Source of the DNA: a virus
Lineage: Duplodnaviria > Heunggongvirae > Uroviricota > Caudoviricetes
Length of the DNA: 22,988 nucleotides
Reading direction: 5' to 3' (one strand)
Virus record (IMG/VR): IMGVR_UViG_3300021387_000076
Part shown: positions 1 through 8,201 of the stretch, piece by piece
Position numbering within the stretch: position 1 is the stretch's first letter
How the letters are laid out: every line of letters begins with the position of its first letter
Notes under the pieces: generated by a model
Told to the model about the DNA's origin: nothing
The model's input: only the letters and a program-made list of their open reading frames with translations
Databases searched by the model: none
Program-made: the position numbers and the translations under genes

Positions 1-603
1 CATTCTGCAATTGTTCGGCTCCTTGAAGAGGTTGAACATCAGTCTGTCAGGCCATTTTCCATATTCATCATGAATATATTTTGAATACAGAAGCTGCTGC
101 TTATACATTTCATTTTCTGTTTTTTTAAATTCCTTCATGCTCTTGCTTTTATGATCGAGAACAATCAGTTCACCATTGCTTTTGTCTTCCATGACCATAT
201 CAACAACGCCGACAAAGGGACGTCCTGCGATGTCTGTCTTGAACTTTGTTTCAGTTCCAATGATCTTATAACCATCAAAGCAATCGAAGTTTCTGAAGTA
301 TTCCAGTCCCTGATTGTAAGCTTTCTCTGCATAGCCTTTTGCCGCAAGCATTCTGGGCCATGCCTCAGGCACAGATTCTTTGTAGCGTTTTTTATATTCG
401 GCTGGCAGATCTTCTGCTTTTATTAAGCCTTTTGCCCACTGGTCAATCAATTCATGAATGAAGGATCCTAGCGACGCGAATGCATTGTTTACCAGTTCAG
501 GCTTGGGTCTCTCGATCTTCTGAAGGTAGAATGCATATGGACACTCAGCAAAAGTACACAATTGTGTGTAGCTGTATACATGGTTTTCGTCCAACAGGCC
601 CAT
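1..603 (-). CDS. PD-(D/E)XK nuclease, RecB/AddB/Cas4-like (3' end runs off the window)
   Basis: Absent from the ORF track; translated by hand from ATG 603 (RBS AAGGAGG upstream): MGLLDENHVYSYTQLCTFAECPYAFYLQKIE...LGSFIHELID...GTETKF...FVGVVDMV...IVLDHKS...YKQQLLLY-like motif QQLLY. It has the typical S-x-S/T..CP start, G..H, E, D, D-x-K and Q-L-x-x-Y motifs. Confidence 0.85.
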   Translation of the reverse strand, partial: MGLLDENHVYSYTQLCTFAECPYAFYLQKIERPKPELVNNAFASLGSFIHELIDQWAKGLIKAEDLPAEYKKRYKESVPEAWPRMLAAKGYAEKAYNQGLEYFRNFDCFDGYKIIGTETKFKTDIAGRPFVGVVDMVMEDKSNGELIVLDHKSKSMKEFKKTENEMYKQQLLYSKYIHDEYGKWPDRLMFNLFKEPNNCRM

Positions 604-617
604 ATTTCATTCCTCCT

Positions 618-1805
618 TTACAGTCTTATTGGGTAGACAGCTTCGACACCTAGTAGAGATACTTTCATTGCGACCTGATATGGAGGTGCAAACAGTCTTT
701 TCTTTACGGTGTATTCGTCGCCGCCAGACAACAGTGCTCCATTCTGTATGTACGGCACCGCTTCGAAAGACATCCTCGGCACGTGCAGATGGCCTGCGAC
801 CACGCAGTCTATCTTTGTGCCGAGTACTTCAGACAGATTCCTTGCGCTGTCAGCTAGGTTGGTATCAAAGTCGCCATGCACTGCAAGGTAATTCTTTCCG
901 AAGATGGTAAACATTGACATGCTGTCCTCGCATTCTTCCTGGAATACAACGTTCTCTTGATTGGAAAGCGCAGCCTTGCAGTAAAAAGGAATCAGCTTGT
1001 CAAGACGTTCTGCCCGTGGAGCATTGTCTTTGTTGGGTTCTATTCTCGAATGGTTTCCGCTTACACTGTTTACATATACGTGTTTAAACGATGATGCGAG
1101 GCAACGGATGAACTCGCATATGAGATTGCTTACCCTGACAACCTGTTCAGTAACATCAATGCTGTTTTCAGCTTTGAGTAATGGATGAATGCTGCCACTG
1201 ATCAGATCGCCTAGGAGAGACAGATAACACGTGTCTGCACCTGTTTCTTTTCCAAGTGCCTTGATGCAGTTCGCATATCTGTTCAGGCGGTTGGCTGCAA
1301 TCTCTTCATCGTATGCGCCGAAGACATTGCTGAACGTCATACCGTAATGAATATCAGAAAGCAATGCATAGATTGCATATCTGTCTTCTGAGGTATCCCG
1401 TTCAACGTATTCAATCTTGACAGGCTCATACTTTTTGATTGCATTGAGCATGTCTTCATAGAAGCGTTCTCTTCTTGCTTCGTCACGAATGAGTTTGCGG
1501 TAAGAATTTTTCTCATCATTGAGGAGCATCTTCCGCTTTTCTATCTCTCTGATGCTTATCTTTGCCGACTCATTTAAGGCCGTATCATAAAGCGCATTGT
1601 CTGCCGGAGGCTGGAAAGCGGCGACAAGACGCTTAAATTTCTTGCGGAAGTACGATTCTGTGAAGCAGACATTGAATATCTCGTTGCATTTATCTGCTAT
1701 GGTATCCCATGTCGCGTCTATTTCATTTCTTTTTTTTAAAGTTCCGACTCTCCAGAGGTATTCTTCTAGAGACTCGGAACCTATTCTTTCGAAGTCATTA
1801 TCCAT
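618..1805 (-). CDS. Calcineurin-like metallophosphoesterase with N-terminal helical/HTH-like extension
   Basis: Motifs LSDIHYG, GDLISG, GNHSR, HGD, GHLH in the canonical order. Confidence 0.85.
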   Translation of the reverse strand: MDNDFERIGSESLEEYLWRVGTLKKRNEIDATWDTIADKCNEIFNVCFTESYFRKKFKRLVAAFQPPADNALYDTALNESAKISIREIEKRKMLLNDEKNSYRKLIRDEARRERFYEDMLNAIKKYEPVKIEYVERDTSEDRYAIYALLSDIHYGMTFSNVFGAYDEEIAANRLNRYANCIKALGKETGADTCYLSLLGDLISGSIHPLLKAENSIDVTEQVVRVSNLICEFIRCLASSFKHVYVNSVSGNHSRIEPNKDNAPRAERLDKLIPFYCKAALSNQENVVFQEECEDSMSMFTIFGKNYLAVHGDFDTNLADSARNLSEVLGTKIDCVVAGHLHVPRMSFEAVPYIQNGALLSGGDEYTVKKRLFAPPYQVAMKVSLLGVEAVYPIRL

Positions 1806-1837
1806 ATATGCTCCTAACTAACTGGAGCTTTATCAAA

Positions 1838-2032
1838 TCAGTTTATCAATCCAGTTCTTTTATTCCAGTTATCAAATGTAATCCTGTTGTACATACCGCC
1901 ATACATATTGATAAACTTTTCTGCGTCCTCCCGGGTTGCGTTTCTTTCATCGAAACGCAACCCCAGGACTGCACAAATATCCATAATGTATCGTATCTGT
2001 TTTTCTGTAGGCTTAGAGTTCATCGATCTCAT
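1838..2032 (-). CDS. Small hypothetical protein
   Basis: 64-aa ORF on the coding strand, overlapping the ligase end, with a PTEKQIRYI motif of the kind seen in small phage proteins. Confidence 0.6.
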   Translation of the reverse strand: MRSMNSKPTEKQIRYIMDICAVLGLRFDERNATREDAEKFINMYGGMYNRITFDNWNKRTGLIN

Positions 2033-3344
2033 CCTGTGTCATGTTGTCGATATCGCCGGAAGAAACAAGCTGATCCACTGCGATGCCTGCAAGGACTTTG
2101 TAGTTATGGTTCTTCAGTTTGTACACAGCAAAGTCTGTCCTGTTAAGGATACGTACCACGACGCCTTCCCTGATATGCGTCTTACCTATAGGGTCAGGTC
2201 CGTCATAATACTCTTTCGCTTTCTCCATGACATACTCGCCGGGATCAACATCATTCGGGATAATAAATGTTTCAAAATGAGGAACTACGTTAACTCCCAT
2301 TTCTGCACAGCGTCTTCTGATCTGGGTGGGGGAGTACTCAACGGTGTAACCGTCTTCATTTGTCAGAGTCATGCGGTACACATACATTTCGCAGCATGGT
2401 ACGTCGTCCTCATAGCCAGCATCCTGACTGCACCCATAGCTGAATTCAGATATTCCGCCATACGTTTTGAGGAACTCATTGTCTTTGACTTTCCTGTTAT
2501 CAACAGTTGGGCGAATTGGTTTACCGCCTTTGCCGGTGTAGCCTACAATTTCATAGTAGACTTCTTCGCCGCGCTTTAGTTTGCCGGTAAGCTTATCAGC
2601 CATGTACTTTCTGAATTCATCATTGCCGTAGTAACCACCATCAAAACTTTTGAGCACAACTCTGCGTGTGCCGTTGATGTATTCGTAATTAGTAACAGTT
2701 TTCATAGGCAGATGCAGGAAATGTCTGAACTTTGAATACACTATCCGTGTAACAGGAAGATATGCAGTTCTCTGACTTGTGCCATCCATTTTGCATGTGA
2801 TCTCGACAATGTCTCCGTTATGGAACGCTGAAAGGTTCTTGTCGAGATGTTCCGTATCGATATGTTCTTCAAACAGAGGGCATGTAACGAGAGACTTTTT
2901 CTCTTTCTCAGTTTTTTCTCCAGAAGGACGTTTGAAACCAGAACGCTTCGGAAGATATTTGCAGGCAATAACCATGCCATTTAGCACGGTAATTGTCTGG
3001 CCTTCTTTGAGTTCATTTACGTCAATAAACTTTTCAAGGGAACTTACAGGAAGACATAAGCCGTCTGATTTACTCTTGCGAAGATTGATTGCCTTTACAC
3101 AGCGGCTGCTTTCAAGGTAGCCGCCTGTGCCATCCTTTTTTCTTATGAGGTTATTGGCCTCACAGTATTCTTCGCCAAGCTGAGTTCCTGCGGCAAAGTA
3201 AACCACAAGCTGATTATTAGTATAAGAGGTGTCGACAATAACATTGTCATCGAAACATTTGCCGATCAGAAGACGATCAGCATTAGGAAGAGGTTCTACA
3301 TTTTTTAATCGGGTAATATACCCACAATATTCAGCCATAAGCAA
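2013..3344 (-). CDS. ATP-dependent RNA ligase (DRB0094/Rnl2-like) with N-terminal OB-type domain
   Basis: N-terminal VEPLPNADRL, nucleotidyltransferase motif I KMDGTS, YEIVG (motif III), EGVVVR (IV) and YKLK (V). Confidence 0.8.
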   Translation of the reverse strand: MLMAEYCGYITRLKNVEPLPNADRLLIGKCFDDNVIVDTSYTNNQLVVYFAAGTQLGEEYCEANNLIRKKDGTGGYLESSRCVKAINLRKSKSDGLCLPVSSLEKFIDVNELKEGQTITVLNGMVIACKYLPKRSGFKRPSGEKTEKEKKSLVTCPLFEEHIDTEHLDKNLSAFHNGDIVEITCKMDGTSQRTAYLPVTRIVYSKFRHFLHLPMKTVTNYEYINGTRRVVLKSFDGGYYGNDEFRKYMADKLTGKLKRGEEVYYEIVGYTGKGGKPIRPTVDNRKVKDNEFLKTYGGISEFSYGCSQDAGYEDDVPCCEMYVYRMTLTNEDGYTVEYSPTQIRRRCAEMGVNVVPHFETFIIPNDVDPGEYVMEKAKEYYDGPDPIGKTHIREGVVVRILNRTDFAVYKLKNHNYKVLAGIAVDQLVSSGDIDNMTQDEIDEL

Positions 3345-3395
3345 TACCTCTAGATACGCAAGTGCGGCAGTTGATTCTGCCGCACTTGCAGGTTA

Positions 3396-5234
3396 TTAGA
3401 TAGGTTGATCTGTGTTGTGAATGATTGCAAATTCCTTGAGGCCAGCAGCAGGATACCTGGGTTCCACCACGCCTTCATGATCCCAACCATACACGGCAAG
3501 GTCACCAATGTTGCTCTGATAGATACGCCTGTTCGTCGGATCGTAATCACAGTATACAATGCCGCATTCTCCGAACGCTCTGTTCTTCAGAATGCGCACG
3601 TTGGGCTTCTCAACGTTAAGAACAGTATCAGCTGCGTTGGTGATATTTGCACTGCCGGCAACGTCATCATTGGTGGCAATTGCGTCCTGCTTAATCTTTC
3701 TCGGATGACATACAAGCAGAACCACGACATTGTACTGCACTGCAAACTTCTTGAGGGCAATAACAATACGGGTCTGAGCAGCATATTCATCTTCTCTGCC
3801 GGCTGTAAGAGTCATCAGATTGTCAACGAGAAACATCTTGCAATGGTTACGTTTCGCGCAGGCTCTGAATTTACGGATGATGGTATCTTCAGGGAGTTCG
3901 CCCATATCAGCAGTGTTATCGAACAGCCACACTTTTCCATCAAACCATTCCTGTACACGCTGACGGATGTCATCAGAGATAACAGCATAGTTCTTCATGG
4001 TCTGCTGGTTTGTCTTGTATTCAATATACTTTCTTTCAGTTGCCTGAAGAGCAAGCCAGTTCATGAAATTGGAAGTGGAAAGCTCACCGCTGTATGCAGC
4101 TACATTAATGCCCTGATTCATTGCATTGAGCATGAAACCACCAGTGATAGTAGACTTACCAGAACCACGCTTACCGGAAAGGATAACCAGGTCGCCATAT
4201 CCAAAGCCGCCAGTCATGTTATCGAGATCAGGAATACCAGTGGTAATCCTCGGCTGGACGAAAGGATCTTCATACTTAACCTTACCCAGGTTAATCATTC
4301 CTTCGATAGGAGCGGGTTCACATTCATCAGCAATCTGCTTGAGGACTTTTGATCCGTAACAAATCAGGATCTCATTCGCATCCTTGCAGAGCCTGTTGTA
4401 GTCTTTTCCATCGTATATGAGTTCTGGATATTCAGGAGGAAGCATGCAGACATCTTCGCCGAGACGGCGCATAACAGCCATCTGCATCTTCACGCCTGGA
4501 TCATCATTGTCTCCGAAGATAACAATCTCTTCGAAGTTACTGAGCCAATCTTCACAAATGTTCAGCCATTCAAGGTTTTCACAACCGCTGGGGACTGATA
4601 CTACATTCGTTACGCCGGCTTCATAGAGACTGAGAGCATCGATCATGCCTTCAGTGATGTACAGTTTGTCATCAAAAGAAACATTGTCCATACCAAAAAG
4701 AATGGGTTCAGTATTGCTCTTCGCCCATTCCTTCGGTTTACCTGATCCTTTGACATGCTTTTCAGGAGCCCTGAACTTCACAAAAGTGAGCTTGTCATCT
4801 CTGTAAAACGGGAACACAATGTTTCCATTTTCATCACAGCTGACCTTAAAAGCATTCAAAGTATCCTCGCTAATTTTTCTTGTTGCGAAATAATTGATTG
4901 CCTTTTCTGTGAGAGGATGCAGGATACTCTCATCAGGGCAGTCATACTGTTTAATCATTGTCATTTTTCCGTTCTCCATTTTTACATTGTAATGTAGTCC
5001 TTTTGCGAAGTCGTCTACGAGTTTGCGGAAAGTGCCGCTTTCGCCGCACTTCCCGCGTTTGCAGTTCCATGCTCCAGTTTCAAGACTGATAGCGAATGTG
5101 TATCTGTCGCCACTTGACCCGCCTTCGCAGTACGGACAGTAGTCAGGTATGAGTTCGTCATTCTTGATGTAATAATCGTCGAATGTTCTGTCCGCGAAGT
5201 CTACGATTGCGTCATAAAGCGACCAGTCTTCCAT
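3396..5234 (-). CDS. Bifunctional DNA primase-helicase (T7 gp4/Twinkle-like)
   Basis: Zn-binding CPYC...CKRGKC, TOPRIM ITEGMIDALS and GDNDDPG, SF4 helicase Walker A GKRGSGKST, LVDNL, HPRK, and DVAGS. Confidence 0.92.
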   Translation of the reverse strand: MEDWSLYDAIVDFADRTFDDYYIKNDELIPDYCPYCEGGSSGDRYTFAISLETGAWNCKRGKCGESGTFRKLVDDFAKGLHYNVKMENGKMTMIKQYDCPDESILHPLTEKAINYFATRKISEDTLNAFKVSCDENGNIVFPFYRDDKLTFVKFRAPEKHVKGSGKPKEWAKSNTEPILFGMDNVSFDDKLYITEGMIDALSLYEAGVTNVVSVPSGCENLEWLNICEDWLSNFEEIVIFGDNDDPGVKMQMAVMRRLGEDVCMLPPEYPELIYDGKDYNRLCKDANEILICYGSKVLKQIADECEPAPIEGMINLGKVKYEDPFVQPRITTGIPDLDNMTGGFGYGDLVILSGKRGSGKSTITGGFMLNAMNQGINVAAYSGELSTSNFMNWLALQATERKYIEYKTNQQTMKNYAVISDDIRQRVQEWFDGKVWLFDNTADMGELPEDTIIRKFRACAKRNHCKMFLVDNLMTLTAGREDEYAAQTRIVIALKKFAVQYNVVVLLVCHPRKIKQDAIATNDDVAGSANITNAADTVLNVEKPNVRILKNRAFGECGIVYCDYDPTNRRIYQSNIGDLAVYGWDHEGVVEPRYPAAGLKEFAIIHNTDQPI

Positions 5235-5247
5235 TCGCCTTCACTCC

Positions 5248-5643
5248 TTAGAAGGGCAGGTCTCCCATTCCTGCGGCAGGCGCTGCTGCAGCCTTACTCT
5301 GCTGCGCTGCGCCGCCTTCGGTTCCTTTGCCGCGAGCAACAACAGTCACGTTGCTTGCATTGCAGGCCAGAGAATGATGGACCGTACCGTCATTGCCGGT
5401 GTAGTCATCAAGGTATACTTCACCGATGATATTCACATTGGTTCCCTTCACTGCATGAGCTGCAATGTACTCAGCATTCTTTGCCCATGCGGTGACGTTG
5501 TAGAAGTTGGAGGCATACTTGCCATCCTGACCCTTCTTATTGGTGTTTGTGCCAATAGAAAAACGGCACACTTTGTTGCCGTTGTATTCTGAAAGTACCG
5601 GATCTTTTGTGAGGTTGCCATTGATAAATGCATAAGCTGCCAT
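5248..5643 (-). CDS. ssb: Single-stranded DNA-binding protein
   Basis: GNLTKDP start, OB-fold pattern, KGTNVNIIGE, low-complexity linker and DLPF C-terminal tip. Confidence 0.92.
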   Translation of the reverse strand: MAAYAFINGNLTKDPVLSEYNGNKVCRFSIGTNTNKKGQDGKYASNFYNVTAWAKNAEYIAAHAVKGTNVNIIGEVYLDDYTGNDGTVHHSLACNASNVTVVARGKGTEGGAAQQSKAAAAPAAGMGDLPF

Positions 5644-5662
5644 ATTCTTTTATCTCCTTGTA

Positions 5663-6442
5663 TTAAGCCGTAATCTGTTCACATGAAGGCAGGTATCCAT
5701 GTTCTTTCATGAGGTCATAGATAAAAAGTCTGCCCTGTTGTGACCATTTAAGCCACAGTCTTGTATGATTATGAAATGTTTCAGTAGTTGTTTTGGCATA
5801 TCCTTTGCCATTGTATTTTGCATAGAGATGCCACATGCTACCTGCTTTATATTGCACTCCAAATTCGTGCAGAAGTTTGTTCATGGTTTGTGCTGTCATA
5901 CCGTAATCGCCTGCAATGTCTTTGGTTGCAAGCAGATTAGGACTTTGTAAGACAAGATCATAGTAAGTAACTTTTGGTGCATCTTCTTCGATCTTCTTTG
6001 CTTGCCATTCAACAGTAGACTGGAGAGCAGAGTTCTTTTCTCTTTCATCTTTTAACTGCTGAAGCAGCTGGATTCCGAAATCAGGATTATCAAGAATAGC
6101 ATTGATGGTTTCAGTTGTTGCATACATGCCATGCTTTCTAATCGATGGAATGACATCATGTGTAACCCAGCGTTTGAAGGCTTTTGCTTGTGGTTTACGA
6201 GAACCGAGAACTATTGAATAAAGGCCAGGTTCATTGATGACAGTCATCTCTTGCTTCCCACCAAGGGTACTGATTGAATCAGTACCCTTTTCATCATCTT
6301 CAAGACGTGAAATTGCATTCCAAGTATCTTTAACTTCTAATGCTTTGCATACATCTGCAGCAACAAACCACGGTTCTCCATCGATTATTGTTGATCTTAC
6401 AGTTCCAAAAGTTTCATGAGTGAACGGTATAACATCATTCAT
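5663..6442 (-). CDS. Phage antirepressor, BRO-N plus KilAC/ANT domain
   Basis: GEPWFVAADVCKAL...INEPGLY...FKRWVTHDVIPSIRKHG (BRO-N), then PKVTYYD...KWSQQGRLFI (ANT). Confidence 0.9.
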   Translation of the reverse strand: MNDVIPFTHETFGTVRSTIIDGEPWFVAADVCKALEVKDTWNAISRLEDDEKGTDSISTLGGKQEMTVINEPGLYSIVLGSRKPQAKAFKRWVTHDVIPSIRKHGMYATTETINAILDNPDFGIQLLQQLKDEREKNSALQSTVEWQAKKIEEDAPKVTYYDLVLQSPNLLATKDIAGDYGMTAQTMNKLLHEFGVQYKAGSMWHLYAKYNGKGYAKTTTETFHNHTRLWLKWSQQGRLFIYDLMKEHGYLPSCEQITA

Positions 6443-6443
6443 A

Positions 6444-7130
6444 TCATGCTACCTTCTCTTTCTTTGTAGAAGCCTTGGACTTCTTTTCCTCCTGAGCTTT
6501 CTTCAGATCAGTGAGTTCAGCGGCAAGCTTGCCAAGCTTTTCATTGTCAGTTGCAAGCTTATAGTTCGGAATGCCGAGAGCAGGAACAATGTATTTATTT
6601 GCAAATGTCATCTTCTGTTCAGGAGTGAGATTTGCTGTCAATTCCTTTACTGCTTCATCGATGATTCCGATGAAAGACTTGCGTTCCTGTTCTTCTGCCG
6701 CACGAGCCTGCTTTGCTTCTTCTGTTTCTTCAGGTAGATCTTCACCTGCATAAATGTAGAGGCCAAGGCCATGACGTGCCACTGCCTTCGTAAGTGAACG
6801 CTGAATAGCTTTGTTCACATCGAAGGATGTAATCTGCTTCACCGGAATGGACTTGTTCTTGAAGTCCATGACGGGAAGATATTCGATCAGTTCAAGGCTG
6901 TAGTCTCCGTCAACCAGAGTCACGCCGGTCTTTACCCATGCGGTGAGGCCGTCTGTGAAGTAGTTGCATTCTTCCTTGCTTTCATAAATAGTATAGAAAG
7001 ATTCAGGGAAGACGCTCTTGAACTGGGACCAGGCCCATGCCCATGATAGATAGGTCAGGCCATTTTTCTTTTCTGTGTGATCATTTACATTAATCTGGTT
7101 CAGCATTGCGAACCTATTCTTATCAGCCAT
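6444..7130 (-). CDS. Sak/Rad52-like single-strand annealing protein (DUF1071 type)
   Basis: LTYLSWAWAW, LPVMDFKNKSI and NKAIQRSLTKAVARHGLGLYIYAGEDLP motifs. Confidence 0.88.
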   Translation of the reverse strand: MADKNRFAMLNQINVNDHTEKKNGLTYLSWAWAWSQFKSVFPESFYTIYESKEECNYFTDGLTAWVKTGVTLVDGDYSLELIEYLPVMDFKNKSIPVKQITSFDVNKAIQRSLTKAVARHGLGLYIYAGEDLPEETEEAKQARAAEEQERKSFIGIIDEAVKELTANLTPEQKMTFANKYIVPALGIPNYKLATDNEKLGKLAAELTDLKKAQEEKKSKASTKKEKVA

Positions 7131-7701
7131 GATATAAACTCCTTAACAATTCGGTCAGTATGTCTTCTTTATCAGCAGTACGTGGATTGTAGTTTTTAGC
7201 TTTTTCTTCGGCTGTGAGCTGTGAAGCTTCTTCAAGAAGCTGCATCTGCTTTGCAAGCTTGCGAACCTTTCTGTCATGGTTGATCTTCTCGCGCTGCTTC
7301 TTCTCTTCAATCAGTTTTTGACGTTCGGCTTCCTGTCTTTCACGGATGGTATTCTCATCAATCTCGTGAACGAGACGATGCAGAGCTGAATTGGAGCCGT
7401 AGATCTTCTTTGCGAGAGCGATGCAGAATGCAGTGTAGGTGCTGTCTGCTCCATTCTCTGCGTCTTCTTTGCAGAGACGCACGGCAGTTCTTGTGCCGTC
7501 ATTCCAGTAGACGACAGTGGATCCGTCGTTGTAGGTAATCAGAGTCGGTTCAAGTTCCTGTTCTTCTTCCATTTCAGGTACTTCGACTGATCCTGTGTAT
7601 CTGATATTCACAGATGGAGTGGATACGGTCGGCGAGATAGACGGGTAAAGCAGTTCAAGCCAATTCGGTACATTAGATTCGTTCATGTTAATCATCTCCA
7701 T
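7123..7701 (-). CDS. Conserved phage hypothetical protein
   Basis: TVVYWNDGTRT...FCIALAKK motif resembling a common phage family, with a coiled-coil C-terminus; coupled to its neighbours. Confidence 0.7.
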   Translation of the reverse strand: MEMINMNESNVPNWLELLYPSISPTVSTPSVNIRYTGSVEVPEMEEEQELEPTLITYNDGSTVVYWNDGTRTAVRLCKEDAENGADSTYTAFCIALAKKIYGSNSALHRLVHEIDENTIRERQEAERQKLIEEKKQREKINHDRKVRKLAKQMQLLEEASQLTAEEKAKNYNPRTADKEDILTELLRSLYHG

Positions 7702-8201
7702 TATTGCGGTATTACTTTTTTCTTATAATTACTCAATAAATCTACATACTTATCATCCTTTGTCAGTATCTCCGCCAATGTTGGAATTCTTTTCAGTTCT
7801 TCATCAAGGATATGTTTACCCATATCACAATAATGACTGCTTTTCATGTCCGGCACTCTCTTTATCATGATTGCCGGTCCCGTCTGTCTGCCGTGTTCAT
7901 CACATTTGAACCAGCACAGAATGCCTCTTGGATAAAACTTCTTTGTGTTCTTATATGCAAACCTTTTGCTTCTGTGACCATGCTTTCTCGTCCTGAATTT
8001 GCTCATGAAGTTGATCATGATCTGCTTGTCTTCTATTGTCTTTACAAGAACCTTTGGTGAGTTTCTGTAAAGACCGTTTGCATCTACAACACGCCAGCCT
8101 GACCTTGCAGTCGAGTTGCCTGTCGAACGACAAAGTACATATGATGGAACCCAATTGCCGACACGGATATCTGGATCCCCTACAATTGCAAGGAAATACA
8201 T
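7701..8201 (-). CDS. Hypothetical basic protein
   Basis: The ATG directly follows the RNAP stop (TAAATG), and the ORF overlaps the next gene by 1 nt. Confidence 0.65.
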   Translation of the reverse strand: MYFLAIVGDPDIRVGNWVPSYVLCRSTGNSTARSGWRVVDANGLYRNSPKVLVKTIEDKQIMINFMSKFRTRKHGHRSKRFAYKNTKKFYPRGILCWFKCDEHGRQTGPAIMIKRVPDMKSSHYCDMGKHILDEELKRIPTLAEILTKDDKYVDLLSNYKKKVIPQ

